This document shows positions 1 through 9,168 of a stretch of DNA of 64,000 nucleotides, in pieces (positions within the stretch are counted from its first letter, which is position 1; the number at the start of each line of letters is the position of its first letter). The stretch is taken from sequence record NC_027402.1; one strand, 5' to 3'. The notes beneath the pieces were generated by a model that saw only the letters and a program-made list of their open reading frames with translations, had not been told where the DNA came from and did no database searches. A program made the position numbers and the translations under genes.

Positions 1-873
1 ATTGAAATCTACCGCAAGGAAGGTTGGAACGCAACAATCGACGTTTACAATCCAGGCACACCCCACGCAACTTTATCAGGCAACGCGGTAGAGTTCGTAG
101 ATAATATCGATACCCTGACGAAGAATACAACCTATCGTTATTGGGTAGCTGCTGTGAAGGACAGTGAACGACTTATCGGCAATCCGATTACGCAAGGATT
201 CTATCCGGACACCGGGCCGGGTCCGCAAACAATCCTGCGCGGTGACTGGGCTTCAGGTTATTTCGGTACAGTACCGAATACAGAGTTCTTTAATACTGCC
301 GAGTTAAAACTCATGTTAACTGCGCAGCAGGGAAACATGTTTGTCTACGACCCTCAGGAATGGCACAAGTTTATTTTCCGTGGGAGAATTGTCTTCTTCC
401 CAGCGACGATGCATTCGAAAACCAACTCGGTACAAATGGCGTATCAGTACGGTATGATGTACGGGACCGATGATGACGGAAGTATTGTTCCGCTGGGAGC
501 CACGGCGACTAAACAAGATTGTAAGGTCACGAAGGATGGTCGTACGTACCGTATCCGATTACCTTACGCAGTCCCGTACGACGCTGTTCTCTCAGGACAG
601 GATTACAACAACGGTGAATGGCGAAACACAATGGGCCGTTTGTATCCTGTCGGTGCACAGTTCGCAGCCCTCGGTCTTGGTGCGATTGACTCACTTGCAA
701 GACAAGGCGCGACTGCGCAGCCGAATGAGTCAGGTGCCGCTGTATTAGCTCCTTTGTGGAGCAACAACATATTCGCTTATGCGTATGGCACCGTGCCTAT
801 GGGGATTAGTAACACCGCAGGTGTCGGGAACTCGGCCACGATATTCTTTGCTTTTGAATTAGTCTTACCGTAA
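1..873 (+). CDS. Tail/baseplate-fibre paralog A1, 5' partial (FN3/Ig-like N-terminus + GPGP domain, phiKZ gp131-like family)
   Basis: Frame 1 is open from base 1 (IEIYRKEGW...YRYWVAAVKDSER) and aligns with A2/A3. Motifs DTGPGPQ..GDW..GYFG and WHKFIFRGRI. Confidence 0.75.
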   Translation: MEIYRKEGWNATIDVYNPGTPHATLSGNAVEFVDNIDTLTKNTTYRYWVAAVKDSERLIGNPITQGFYPDTGPGPQTILRGDWASGYFGTVPNTEFFNTAELKLMLTAQQGNMFVYDPQEWHKFIFRGRIVFFPATMHSKTNSVQMAYQYGMMYGTDDDGSIVPLGATATKQDCKVTKDGRTYRIRLPYAVPYDAVLSGQDYNNGEWRNTMGRLYPVGAQFAALGLGAIDSLARQGATAQPNESGAAVLAPLWSNNIFAYAYGTVPMGISNTAGVGNSATIFFAFELVLP

Positions 874-886
874 TGGAGTAAATACC

Positions 887-2383
887 ATGGGGTTGTATAC
901 AGAACCTTCAATGGAACTGCTCTGCCAACAAATTGTGCGTGACAATCCCGGTTTAGCAGGAAAAATCACTGCTGACTCCATTGGGGTCAGGGGTGTTCCT
1001 GTTGCGAAAAACGTTAACGGACGAAACACACAGATTACGTTGGTAGGAAAACCCGGTAAAGGATTTGCTGGGGAAATAACGGTATATTACGACCGGTTGA
1101 ATCTGGCCAGTCTGTTCAAGTCTGGCCCGAATACGGTGAGTATTCCACGTAGCGCACAAACCCATGCGGAAACGTTACCGGCGTTCAATGAATTGAACGG
1201 GTTGAACTTAACCGCGAGTGACATCACCAGTCCAAACGTTGCATTAATGAAATACGCTACGCCGGAAACTATAACTCTGACGGCGCACGCTAACTCCTTG
1301 TGTTATACCGGGTCATGCAAGATGACCTATGTTTACGAACCGATTGCGATGTATCCGAAGTCGGGTCCTGGGCCAAAAGGATTAATGGCTGGTAATGAGT
1401 TATACGGATTCTTTGGGCTGGTAAGCGCGGAAGAGTTATTCACATCTGATGAAATGGTGTATGCCCTCTATAACGGCACCAACTGGCCTAACCGCTACGC
1501 TATCAAGTGGCTCAAATTCTTTCTGAATGGGGCGGTAGTGTTTGTTCCGACCCGTGCGATTTGCAACGTTACCTGGGCAGACCTGTACAACAAGGGTGCA
1601 ATATTTGATTCCGGAGACGCAGGACCTCGCCCGAAGTCGACTTACACACCTGTCGATGTTGAACAGTTGAAATACATGGTAAAACGGGATGATGAAGGAA
1701 CGCATTATTTCAGAATGTCTATCCCGTATTACACCGAGAACGCCGCCGCGCCTGATTGGAGTAAACCGCCGTCAATCACCTCTATCCTGTCACTGACCAG
1801 CAAATTGGGGTCGGTGAACGTATATGGGGAATGGGGAACTCTTAGCACGACTGATGCTAACTTCCTGGATTACGTGTGGTTACGACACCAGTTCGGTGCC
1901 GACCAAGCGTATTACCAGTCTATCAGTGGGAGCTATCGTTCATACACCTACATTTACACCTCTTCTGGCTTTTGGCCAATCTTGGAGATGTTTGATGTTG
2001 CCAATGAACCTGTGCCGTTGATTGACGAAGGTGCAGAACTGACATGGGCACCGTCCGTGGTTACTCTGACGGACATCGACCAAAATGAATCGCTTCGTGT
2101 GGTGCCTATTACGGAAACCTCCGCTGCAGCGAATCCACGTCCGTTAGTTTTCAACACCGACAACACCGAAACTGCCACCCCTGCCTGGGTGCGGGAAACG
2201 TCATCAGACTCACCACGTCCTCTGCTTGCCACGACGGACAATGATGAACGTGCATATTCCGTCGCGGTAACAGGCATGGCTAGCGTTAAGATTAGACCGA
2301 TTATTCTCACGACTGACCAAATCGCCCAACCTTCAAAAATTACTCTGGGCGATACTAACGGTGAGTTGGATGGATTCCAATAA
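887..2383 (+). CDS. Virion structural paralog B1 (N-terminal YYDRLNL domain, GPGP domain, PRPL repeats, NGELDGF end)
   Basis: 498 aa ORF with GGAG SD; colinear with 4299-5741. Confidence 0.75.
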   Translation: MGLYTEPSMELLCQQIVRDNPGLAGKITADSIGVRGVPVAKNVNGRNTQITLVGKPGKGFAGEITVYYDRLNLASLFKSGPNTVSIPRSAQTHAETLPAFNELNGLNLTASDITSPNVALMKYATPETITLTAHANSLCYTGSCKMTYVYEPIAMYPKSGPGPKGLMAGNELYGFFGLVSAEELFTSDEMVYALYNGTNWPNRYAIKWLKFFLNGAVVFVPTRAICNVTWADLYNKGAIFDSGDAGPRPKSTYTPVDVEQLKYMVKRDDEGTHYFRMSIPYYTENAAAPDWSKPPSITSILSLTSKLGSVNVYGEWGTLSTTDANFLDYVWLRHQFGADQAYYQSISGSYRSYTYIYTSSGFWPILEMFDVANEPVPLIDEGAELTWAPSVVTLTDIDQNESLRVVPITETSAAANPRPLVFNTDNTETATPAWVRETSSDSPRPLLATTDNDERAYSVAVTGMASVKIRPIILTTDQIAQPSKITLGDTNGELDGFQ

Positions 2384-2395
2384 GAGGTAACGACA

Positions 2396-3385
2396 ATGGC
2401 TTTTACAATTCGTTGGACGAACAATAACCCTGGGGCTTCGACCGTGAAGCTGTACCGCGACACCAAACCTCTGGTGCGTACGGCATTACCTGAACCCCTG
2501 GCAACGTTCACTAACGGGGAAACTGAGTATACTGACCGAACAGCGATACTGGGGACAACGTATTACTACATGACCACTGTGACAGTGGGAAGCCGAACAC
2601 TGTTCAGTCCGCAGAAATCAATTCTGATTCAGAACCGTCGCGGTATCGGCATCGTGGCTCCACAGTACGGTGATGACCGCTTTGCGTATTACGGGTACGT
2701 GACGTACGGTGAATTACCTAGCGCGGGTGATTATCCGCCGGGGTTTGTGGCCCTTTCTGGATACGACCCAACTGTTAAGCCGGGCTTGATGAAGTTCCAG
2801 CTAGACGGTAAAATTCTGTATCTGTTTAGTGGTCTTCGTGCGAACGGCAACACGCTGTATAGCCGTGATGCGATTTATAACGCGGGTTTGCTGTACGGTG
2901 TGGCGGGACCTGGTCCGGAAGGCGGTCATGGCGATTTACCTGACGTTGACCAGGCTGGGGAGTTTACGTGGTTGGGTGACCGCTATCGGATGCGCCTGCT
3001 GCGCGGTTTAACACTCGACAGTGAAAGCCCGGTCATGACACTCGACGCACAGTGGAACGGTAAACTCCATGACGAGTCGCCGTATACTGCCGATAGCGAA
3101 TACAACCGACTCATCTATGGGATAAGTAGCTGGTTCCCAGAAAAGAAAAAAGTGATGTCCCTGATAAAGTGGTCGAACACCAGCATATTCGGAAGTGGAT
3201 CGCTGGTGGCAGGCCGTGGGGCGCATTGTCAGGAGTTTGACCCAGACAGTAAGTTGGGGCTGACGCGCGGATGGGCGGCGGCGGATTCCACTGATACCGT
3301 GGATAACCTCCAGCGTATACAACATGTCCCTGGTGCGACCGTGGGCGGTATTTGGATTCCAGTAATCGAGCTTATCGAGGATTAA
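2396..3385 (+). CDS. Virion structural paralog C1 (FN3-like N-terminus + gp131-like domain)
   Basis: 329 aa; MAFTIRW start, YNAGLLYG and YRMRLLRGL shared with 5752-6750. Confidence 0.75.
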   Translation: MAFTIRWTNNNPGASTVKLYRDTKPLVRTALPEPLATFTNGETEYTDRTAILGTTYYYMTTVTVGSRTLFSPQKSILIQNRRGIGIVAPQYGDDRFAYYGYVTYGELPSAGDYPPGFVALSGYDPTVKPGLMKFQLDGKILYLFSGLRANGNTLYSRDAIYNAGLLYGVAGPGPEGGHGDLPDVDQAGEFTWLGDRYRMRLLRGLTLDSESPVMTLDAQWNGKLHDESPYTADSEYNRLIYGISSWFPEKKKVMSLIKWSNTSIFGSGSLVAGRGAHCQEFDPDSKLGLTRGWAAADSTDTVDNLQRIQHVPGATVGGIWIPVIELIED

Positions 3386-3387
3386 TC

Positions 3388-4287
3388 ATGCCTATTACAT
3401 TAAACTTTGCACAACGGAAGCCACAGGCGCTCGATAACATTGAAATCTATCGCAAGACGCCGGGCAACGCCACCATTGATGTTAATGCACCGGGAACGCC
3501 TCTGGCAACCCTTCCGGGTGACGCTACATCGTACGAAGACAACGCTGTGGAAAACAACACCACTTACCGTTATTGGATAGCTGCGGTTAAAGACGGTGAG
3601 CGTGTCTTCAACACCCCTACCGCCCAAGGGTTCTTTTTAGACACCGGGCCTGGCCCCCAGAAGCTGTTATACGGCGACTGGCACGCTGGATACTTTGGAA
3701 CAGTAACGCCAGCAGAGTTATTCACTAACACGGAACTGAACAGCCTCGTGGTGAATATGTTCAGTTCCGCCGTTGGTGCCTGGCATAAGTTCATTTACAA
3801 AAACCGTATTCTGTTTATGTCCGATAACTCGATAATATACGCTAGCCCGCAGTTCATTTATAACCAGGGGCTGATGTACGGCCAGGATGGCAACGGATAT
3901 GTACCGGGCTGGGCTACTGCACGTAACCAACGCCGCACGGTGACGAAAAACGGTTACGAATACGTGGTGCGCTTGCCGTATTTGTTCGACTATAAATTCT
4001 GGACGTCTTACGTTGGAAGCGGTAACACTGAGTTGTATCTCGACGGTGAGTGGTTTAACACCTTCGCGCGCCTGTACAACTACAATGGGCAGTTTCCGCG
4101 CTTTGACGACATTCCGGTCGGTCCAATCGATTCGGTTACTGCCCAACAATCTGCATTCTTTGCGGCTATGAATAACACGTCCAGTCAGTGGTACAACCGT
4201 CCACCTTACCCTGAGTCGCCGTCGTGGAGTAACTACGGTACCACTACAATACGCTCCATTGCGGTACTTGAACTTGTTCTGCCTTAA
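3388..4287 (+). CDS. Tail/baseplate-fibre paralog A2
   Basis: Start moved to MPITLNF (GAGG SD, matches A3 MSIILNW). DTGPGPQKL..GDWHAGYFG motif; ends ELVLP like A1. Confidence 0.75.
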   Translation: MPITLNFAQRKPQALDNIEIYRKTPGNATIDVNAPGTPLATLPGDATSYEDNAVENNTTYRYWIAAVKDGERVFNTPTAQGFFLDTGPGPQKLLYGDWHAGYFGTVTPAELFTNTELNSLVVNMFSSAVGAWHKFIYKNRILFMSDNSIIYASPQFIYNQGLMYGQDGNGYVPGWATARNQRRTVTKNGYEYVVRLPYLFDYKFWTSYVGSGNTELYLDGEWFNTFARLYNYNGQFPRFDDIPVGPIDSVTAQQSAFFAAMNNTSSQWYNRPPYPESPSWSNYGTTTIRSIAVLELVLP

Positions 4288-4298
4288 CAGGAGACTTC

Positions 4299-5741
4299 AT
4301 GGGATTGTATAGCGCACCCGAACTGGAATTACTCTGCCAACAAGTCGTAAGGGATAACCCTGAACTCGCAGGAAGAATCAGCGCTGATTCGATTGGGGTG
4401 AGGGGTATTCCTGCCGAGACCACTAAGAATGGTCGTAACACGGTAATTACGTTGGTAGGAAAACCCGGTAAAGGTTTCTCTGGGGAGTGCACGGTTTATT
4501 ACGACCGTTTAACATTATCAGATCTATTTAAAATAGCTCCGCGCATCTACGTACCACAAACGGCCAAGACCGTGCGGGATCTTCTCCCAGCTCTACGCGA
4601 TTTATACGGTGTTTGGTTATCTGATAGCAGTGTACAGTCGGTAGACGCGCCTATCAAATCGCTGGCAACGCCAACACGTATTAATTTAACCGCGTATAAT
4701 AGCGTATGCTATCGCGGCTATATCCCGGTCGATTATTTGAATGAAGCCGTGGGGTACTATCCAGATTCTGGGCCAGGCAATAAATATTTGTTGGCAGGGG
4801 ACAGCACAAACGGATACTTCGGCCACGTTTCTCAGCAAGAGTTATTTACCTTTGCTGAACTAAACAACCTAATTCGTCCTGATGTTGCCCCAACGAAAAT
4901 GACTTTCGAGTGGTTGAAATTTTTCAAGGATGGTAAGATTGTTTATCTACCGACTACCGGAACGTTAACAGCAACCTGGACGGCCCTTTATCAAGCGGGT
5001 GCCATTTTCGGTACAGGTGACGCTGGTCCTTATCCAGACGGTATCGAACCTGTTGACCAGGCTTTGATTGTCACGAAAACTGAGAATAACAAGACGCATT
5101 ATTACCGCGTCTCCGTTCCGGTTAGCCCTGATTTATCAAAGGCCACACCGTTGTGGCTTATTTCACAACTCGGTGATGGTTCTACGGGCGGCGACTGGGC
5201 AAATGACACCACGTTAACCAGAACCACCGTCTTCTTCACGCAACAACTGTTAACCGGGGGTAACCCTGTTAAAGTACAACGTTGCAATATGCGTGGTGGC
5301 TCAGTTGAATGGGTAACCCTTACAGATACCACTTACTGGTGGCCTGTTTTAGAGGAAATCAATAAGGACGACATCGTCTTACCTTTAGCTGATGTGGAAG
5401 GGGATGTTGTGTGGCGCGTTAGGGTTATTCCTAATGTACCATCACCACAACCTGATAGCATTCGCCCTCTTGCAGTCGAGGTTGCGACAACAGATGCGCC
5501 GAGACCTCTAGCAACAACTGCGGAACAGGTGGAAGAACCTATCAGCCCGATTGTGGTGGGTGAACCAAACGTCGATACTGCGCTGCCGTTATCGACAGTG
5601 TCGAACAGCGTAGGTACAGTTAGGCCGATGGTTGTACTTGAACCACGCGTCGACGCACCGCGTCCACTACCGCCTACTCAGGCAGAACCTCCACTTAAAA
5701 CAGATTTAGCAACCGCGAACGGTGAGTTGAACGGCTTCTAA
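4299..5741 (+). CDS. Virion structural paralog B2
   Basis: 480 aa; MGLYS..ELLCQQ..RDNP start, YYDRL, PDSGPG, PRPL repeats, ANGELNGF end. Confidence 0.75.
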   Translation: MGLYSAPELELLCQQVVRDNPELAGRISADSIGVRGIPAETTKNGRNTVITLVGKPGKGFSGECTVYYDRLTLSDLFKIAPRIYVPQTAKTVRDLLPALRDLYGVWLSDSSVQSVDAPIKSLATPTRINLTAYNSVCYRGYIPVDYLNEAVGYYPDSGPGNKYLLAGDSTNGYFGHVSQQELFTFAELNNLIRPDVAPTKMTFEWLKFFKDGKIVYLPTTGTLTATWTALYQAGAIFGTGDAGPYPDGIEPVDQALIVTKTENNKTHYYRVSVPVSPDLSKATPLWLISQLGDGSTGGDWANDTTLTRTTVFFTQQLLTGGNPVKVQRCNMRGGSVEWVTLTDTTYWWPVLEEINKDDIVLPLADVEGDVVWRVRVIPNVPSPQPDSIRPLAVEVATTDAPRPLATTAEQVEEPISPIVVGEPNVDTALPLSTVSNSVGTVRPMVVLEPRVDAPRPLPPTQAEPPLKTDLATANGELNGF

Positions 5742-5751
5742 GGAGTAACAG

Positions 5752-6750
5752 ATGGCTTTCACACTACGCTGGAAAAATGAAAATCCGGCAGGTTCAATTG
5801 TTAACATTTATCGGGGCACGGCTAAAATAAATACAGCCGCATTACCAGCCCCTATTGCAACTTTAAGTAATGGCGAAACGGAATGGACGGACGAAACCGT
5901 TATTCTTAACACCCGTTACTGGTATCTTTTAACAGTAACTGTTAACGGTCGTACCGTAGGTAGTCCACAAAAATCCTTTGTCATTAAAAACCGTCGTGGT
6001 GTGGGTGGCGTCGACCAGATTAACTATTCCGATACTGACGACTTGGCGTTTCTGGGGCAGTTGCCGTTCGAAGAACAGATGACCTATGACGCGTTGCCTG
6101 CAGGCTTTCGTGCATTAACAGGGATATCGGGCACGGGCACGCTAATCATGAACAAGTTTTATCGTCATGGTAAAGTTTACTACATGATGAACAACGGCGG
6201 ACGATTTAACTCTACACTTTACTCGTGGAATGACATTTATAACGCGGGGCTTGTGTACGGCGTTGATGGATTTGGCCCTGATAACGGACGTGGTGATTTG
6301 GCGGGTGTTGACCAGAGTGGGTTGTTTGAATGGCAAGGCGACACCTATCGGATGCGCCTGCTGCGCGGTTTAACCGACGGGGACGAACCGACAGTAATGA
6401 CGTTGGATGAATCGTTACGAAACGCAGACCATGATGACTTGGAATATGGTCGCTGCGAATATAACGACTTTGTTTATCCGTTCGCGGATTGCATCCCTAA
6501 CAAACAAATGCTCCCCAACTGGACTAATACCAGTCCGGCGTACATTTATGGGAGCGGTAGCGCTTACCAAGGCAAAGGTTTCTTGTGCCAGGAACGTGAT
6601 CCTGAATCGGGATTAGTTCTGGTTCGTGGGTCTGCGCCTATCGATTCAAGCACAACCAATACGTCGAAACGTAACCTCTCTCAAGTTACGTTAATTGACA
6701 GTGCTGAGAAGGTCGGTTTGTACGCATTCGTTATCGAGTTAGTGGAGTAA
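5752..6750 (+). CDS. Virion structural paralog C2
   Basis: 332 aa; colinear with C1. Confidence 0.75.
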   Translation: MAFTLRWKNENPAGSIVNIYRGTAKINTAALPAPIATLSNGETEWTDETVILNTRYWYLLTVTVNGRTVGSPQKSFVIKNRRGVGGVDQINYSDTDDLAFLGQLPFEEQMTYDALPAGFRALTGISGTGTLIMNKFYRHGKVYYMMNNGGRFNSTLYSWNDIYNAGLVYGVDGFGPDNGRGDLAGVDQSGLFEWQGDTYRMRLLRGLTDGDEPTVMTLDESLRNADHDDLEYGRCEYNDFVYPFADCIPNKQMLPNWTNTSPAYIYGSGSAYQGKGFLCQERDPESGLVLVRGSAPIDSSTTNTSKRNLSQVTLIDSAEKVGLYAFVIELVE

Positions 6751-6753
6751 AAC

Positions 6754-7656
6754 ATGTCGATTATCTTAAACTGGAAACAACAGCCAGGCCAGACTTTAGA
6801 TTCCATTGAAATCTATCGTTACGACAACCCTAGACAAAGTGTTAACCCAGTAGCACCGGGGGAACCTATTGTAACACTACCAGGTAACACAACGACGTAC
6901 GAGGACAAGACCACCGAAGCGTATAAAACGTATCAATATCGCATCGTGGCGGTAAAGGGCACTGAAAAGGTTATGGGGCTGCCGATTGTACAGGGCGACT
7001 TTCCAATGACAGGACCCGGCCCACAGGAACTTATTCGTGGCGACTGGCATCGTGGCTACTTTGGCACACTGACAAACAAAGAATTTATTCTTAACCATGC
7101 CGAGCTGAATGGTTTAATTGGCTTTAATGCCTGGAACCAAGCTCCAACATTGTTCCATAAATTCGTTTTCAAAGGACGCATTCTGTTCATTCCTGACACG
7201 GTGACCCGTTTAGGGACGACGTGGAACGAACAATACCAGCAAGGTCTGGCCTGGGGAACAGATGACTACGGTTTCCCGCCACGGGGCGTCGCTACCACTA
7301 ACCAGCGTCGGACATTTAATAAAGACGGTTACGAGTATGTGGTACGTTTGCCTCGACTCGGAGACTACAGTTATGGGCACAGCACCTACCTAAGCAGCGG
7401 TGGTTATTTTCAAGACGGCGAGTGGCACAACACGTTCGCAAGCTTGTTCCGCTACGCGGGCCTCGTAAGACGTTTTGGCGACTTACCGAGGCGCTCCGGC
7501 GGTAGTCCAACCGATTCAAGCGCAACATTGTTTGCCAACGGTTATGACAACGCCACCCCATGGTACTATCGCAGCAACTCACCAGACACACCATCGTACA
7601 CCTCTTCGACCAATAGCGCGTCGGTAGTCCACGTTATCGAACTGGTTCTTAGCTAA
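6754..7656 (+). CDS. Tail/baseplate-fibre paralog A3
   Basis: 300 aa; TGPGPQEL..GDWHRGYFG; ends ELVLS. Confidence 0.75.
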   Translation: MSIILNWKQQPGQTLDSIEIYRYDNPRQSVNPVAPGEPIVTLPGNTTTYEDKTTEAYKTYQYRIVAVKGTEKVMGLPIVQGDFPMTGPGPQELIRGDWHRGYFGTLTNKEFILNHAELNGLIGFNAWNQAPTLFHKFVFKGRILFIPDTVTRLGTTWNEQYQQGLAWGTDDYGFPPRGVATTNQRRTFNKDGYEYVVRLPRLGDYSYGHSTYLSSGGYFQDGEWHNTFASLFRYAGLVRRFGDLPRRSGGSPTDSSATLFANGYDNATPWYYRSNSPDTPSYTSSTNSASVVHVIELVLS

Positions 7657-7667
7657 CAGGAGCTAAT

Positions 7668-7760
7668 ATGGGGTTTTACTCATCCACTGCACTTGAGCTG
7701 TTGTGTCGGCTCATTCAGCGGGATAATCCCCAACACGCAGGTCGAATCAGCTGGAGTTAA
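7668..7760 (+). pseudogene. Truncated relic of a third B-type gene (30 aa)
   Basis: AGGAG SD, then MGFYSSTALELLCRLIQRDNPQHAGRISWS*, which aligns with the B2 start MGLYSAPELELLCQQVVRDNPELAGRIS. Confidence 0.8.
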
Positions 7761-7789
7761 AGGGATAGCGTACTTCACCATAACAGCTA

Positions 7790-7822
7790 AAAATAGGCCC
7801 TGAAGGGCCTATTTTCTTTTTT
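7790..7822 (+). terminator. Intrinsic terminator
   Basis: AAAATAGGCCC-TGAA-GGGCCTATTTT followed by a T tract. Confidence 0.8.
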
Positions 7823-7834
7823 TAGGACGTTGCA

Positions 7835-9154
7835 ATGATCAACTATAACAAACCTGTCATGCAGCTGGTTTGGGATCAGATTAATCGTGATAACCCGCAG
7901 CTCAAGAAACCACTCAACGCAACCAACGTGGCGTTATTACAAGGTCCTTTAACCAATGCCTTGCGCGATGGCCGCAACAGCCGTATAGTGGTAAACGGAT
8001 TACAGGGTGGCGGTTACAGCGGTAAGATGGACATCTACTACGACCGCTTAAACCTTTCGCAGTATTTTAAAGGCGTCAGCGTACCGGTTAAAGTACCTTA
8101 TCGGGCGACGTCCTACCGCGACATCATCGACCGGATTTCCGCAGCTTGTGGGCTGGTGCTTACTGCTGACGATTTAACGTATCCTGACAGCCAGTTTGCA
8201 ATGATCACTGTGGCAACGGGCGATCGGACGGTGGCGATTAAATCGGATAACCCCGCATTCACGGGTCACATTCCTATTAGCTTTATTCGTGAAGAGCCCA
8301 GCTTTGCCGACTTGTACCACACCACCGAAACCGGAGCTTGGGAACCCATGGATGTTTACAGCACGGTCTATCGACTCGACTGGAGCATGTACACCCAACA
8401 GATAATCAATATCCCGATGGGTACCCCGCTGCGACTAAACAGTAACTCGTACATGACCCAGTTCATCGCGGCGCTGTCGGCATGGTCGGGCATCCCGTTC
8501 ACTATCGGTAATGCTGCTACTGATAACCCGTATGACCTCTATGGGTATGTCGCTACACGCAATAACAACCCAGGCTTAGACCCTGATATGCGTGGGGAGT
8601 ACAATTACTGCGTGAAGTTGACGCCACCTGAGGATATGGGTAATCTCCGCCGTCCGTTCTTCTTGCACTTTGGTCCGAAAAATAACGTGGCCTATTTGGC
8701 GCAGGAAAAGGACGTCGAACGTTATGCGCGTTACATGAGTTTCCGGGAAACCAGCCCAAATTCGATGAGCGTCACGTTGTATCAAAACGAGTACGTGTTG
8801 ACTCGGGCAGAATCGCCTGAAACTGCGGATGATTTAACGGGTTCCCCGTATGGCACTCGATACTGTACCGGGAGTATTCGACGGCTGATGCAACACGCGT
8901 TTCCGACCGAAGAGATGTTCCAAGAAAGTATTGCTAACCGACGTCGGGTACTGTACCACACTGCTTACACCACCACGACATCAGCTATTACTTACCAGGG
9001 ACTATACCGTAACGGATACCAATCCAAACAAATGACGAGCCTCTACTCGAATTACTGTAACTATTTCATCTATTACGACCCAAGCAAAGGCGGCTATATG
9101 GTCTACAGTCCATATAGCAAAACCGCCCCGGTCCCTTGGTATCCAGCGCTATAG
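7835..9154 (+). CDS. Virion structural/tail protein with N-terminal YYDRLNL domain
   Basis: 439 aa; RDNP...RN..I...G..G.G.SG....YYDRLNL shared with B genes; C-terminal YYD..PY.K.AP.PW shared with the next gene. Confidence 0.65.
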   Translation: MINYNKPVMQLVWDQINRDNPQLKKPLNATNVALLQGPLTNALRDGRNSRIVVNGLQGGGYSGKMDIYYDRLNLSQYFKGVSVPVKVPYRATSYRDIIDRISAACGLVLTADDLTYPDSQFAMITVATGDRTVAIKSDNPAFTGHIPISFIREEPSFADLYHTTETGAWEPMDVYSTVYRLDWSMYTQQIINIPMGTPLRLNSNSYMTQFIAALSAWSGIPFTIGNAATDNPYDLYGYVATRNNNPGLDPDMRGEYNYCVKLTPPEDMGNLRRPFFLHFGPKNNVAYLAQEKDVERYARYMSFRETSPNSMSVTLYQNEYVLTRAESPETADDLTGSPYGTRYCTGSIRRLMQHAFPTEEMFQESIANRRRVLYHTAYTTTTSAITYQGLYRNGYQSKQMTSLYSNYCNYFIYYDPSKGGYMVYSPYSKTAPVPWYPAL

Positions 9155-9168
9155 ACTAAGGTGTCACC

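Noticed and set aside
1954-2511. 185 aa - strand ORF
   Set aside because: It is antisense to B1/C1, which are supported by paralogy.
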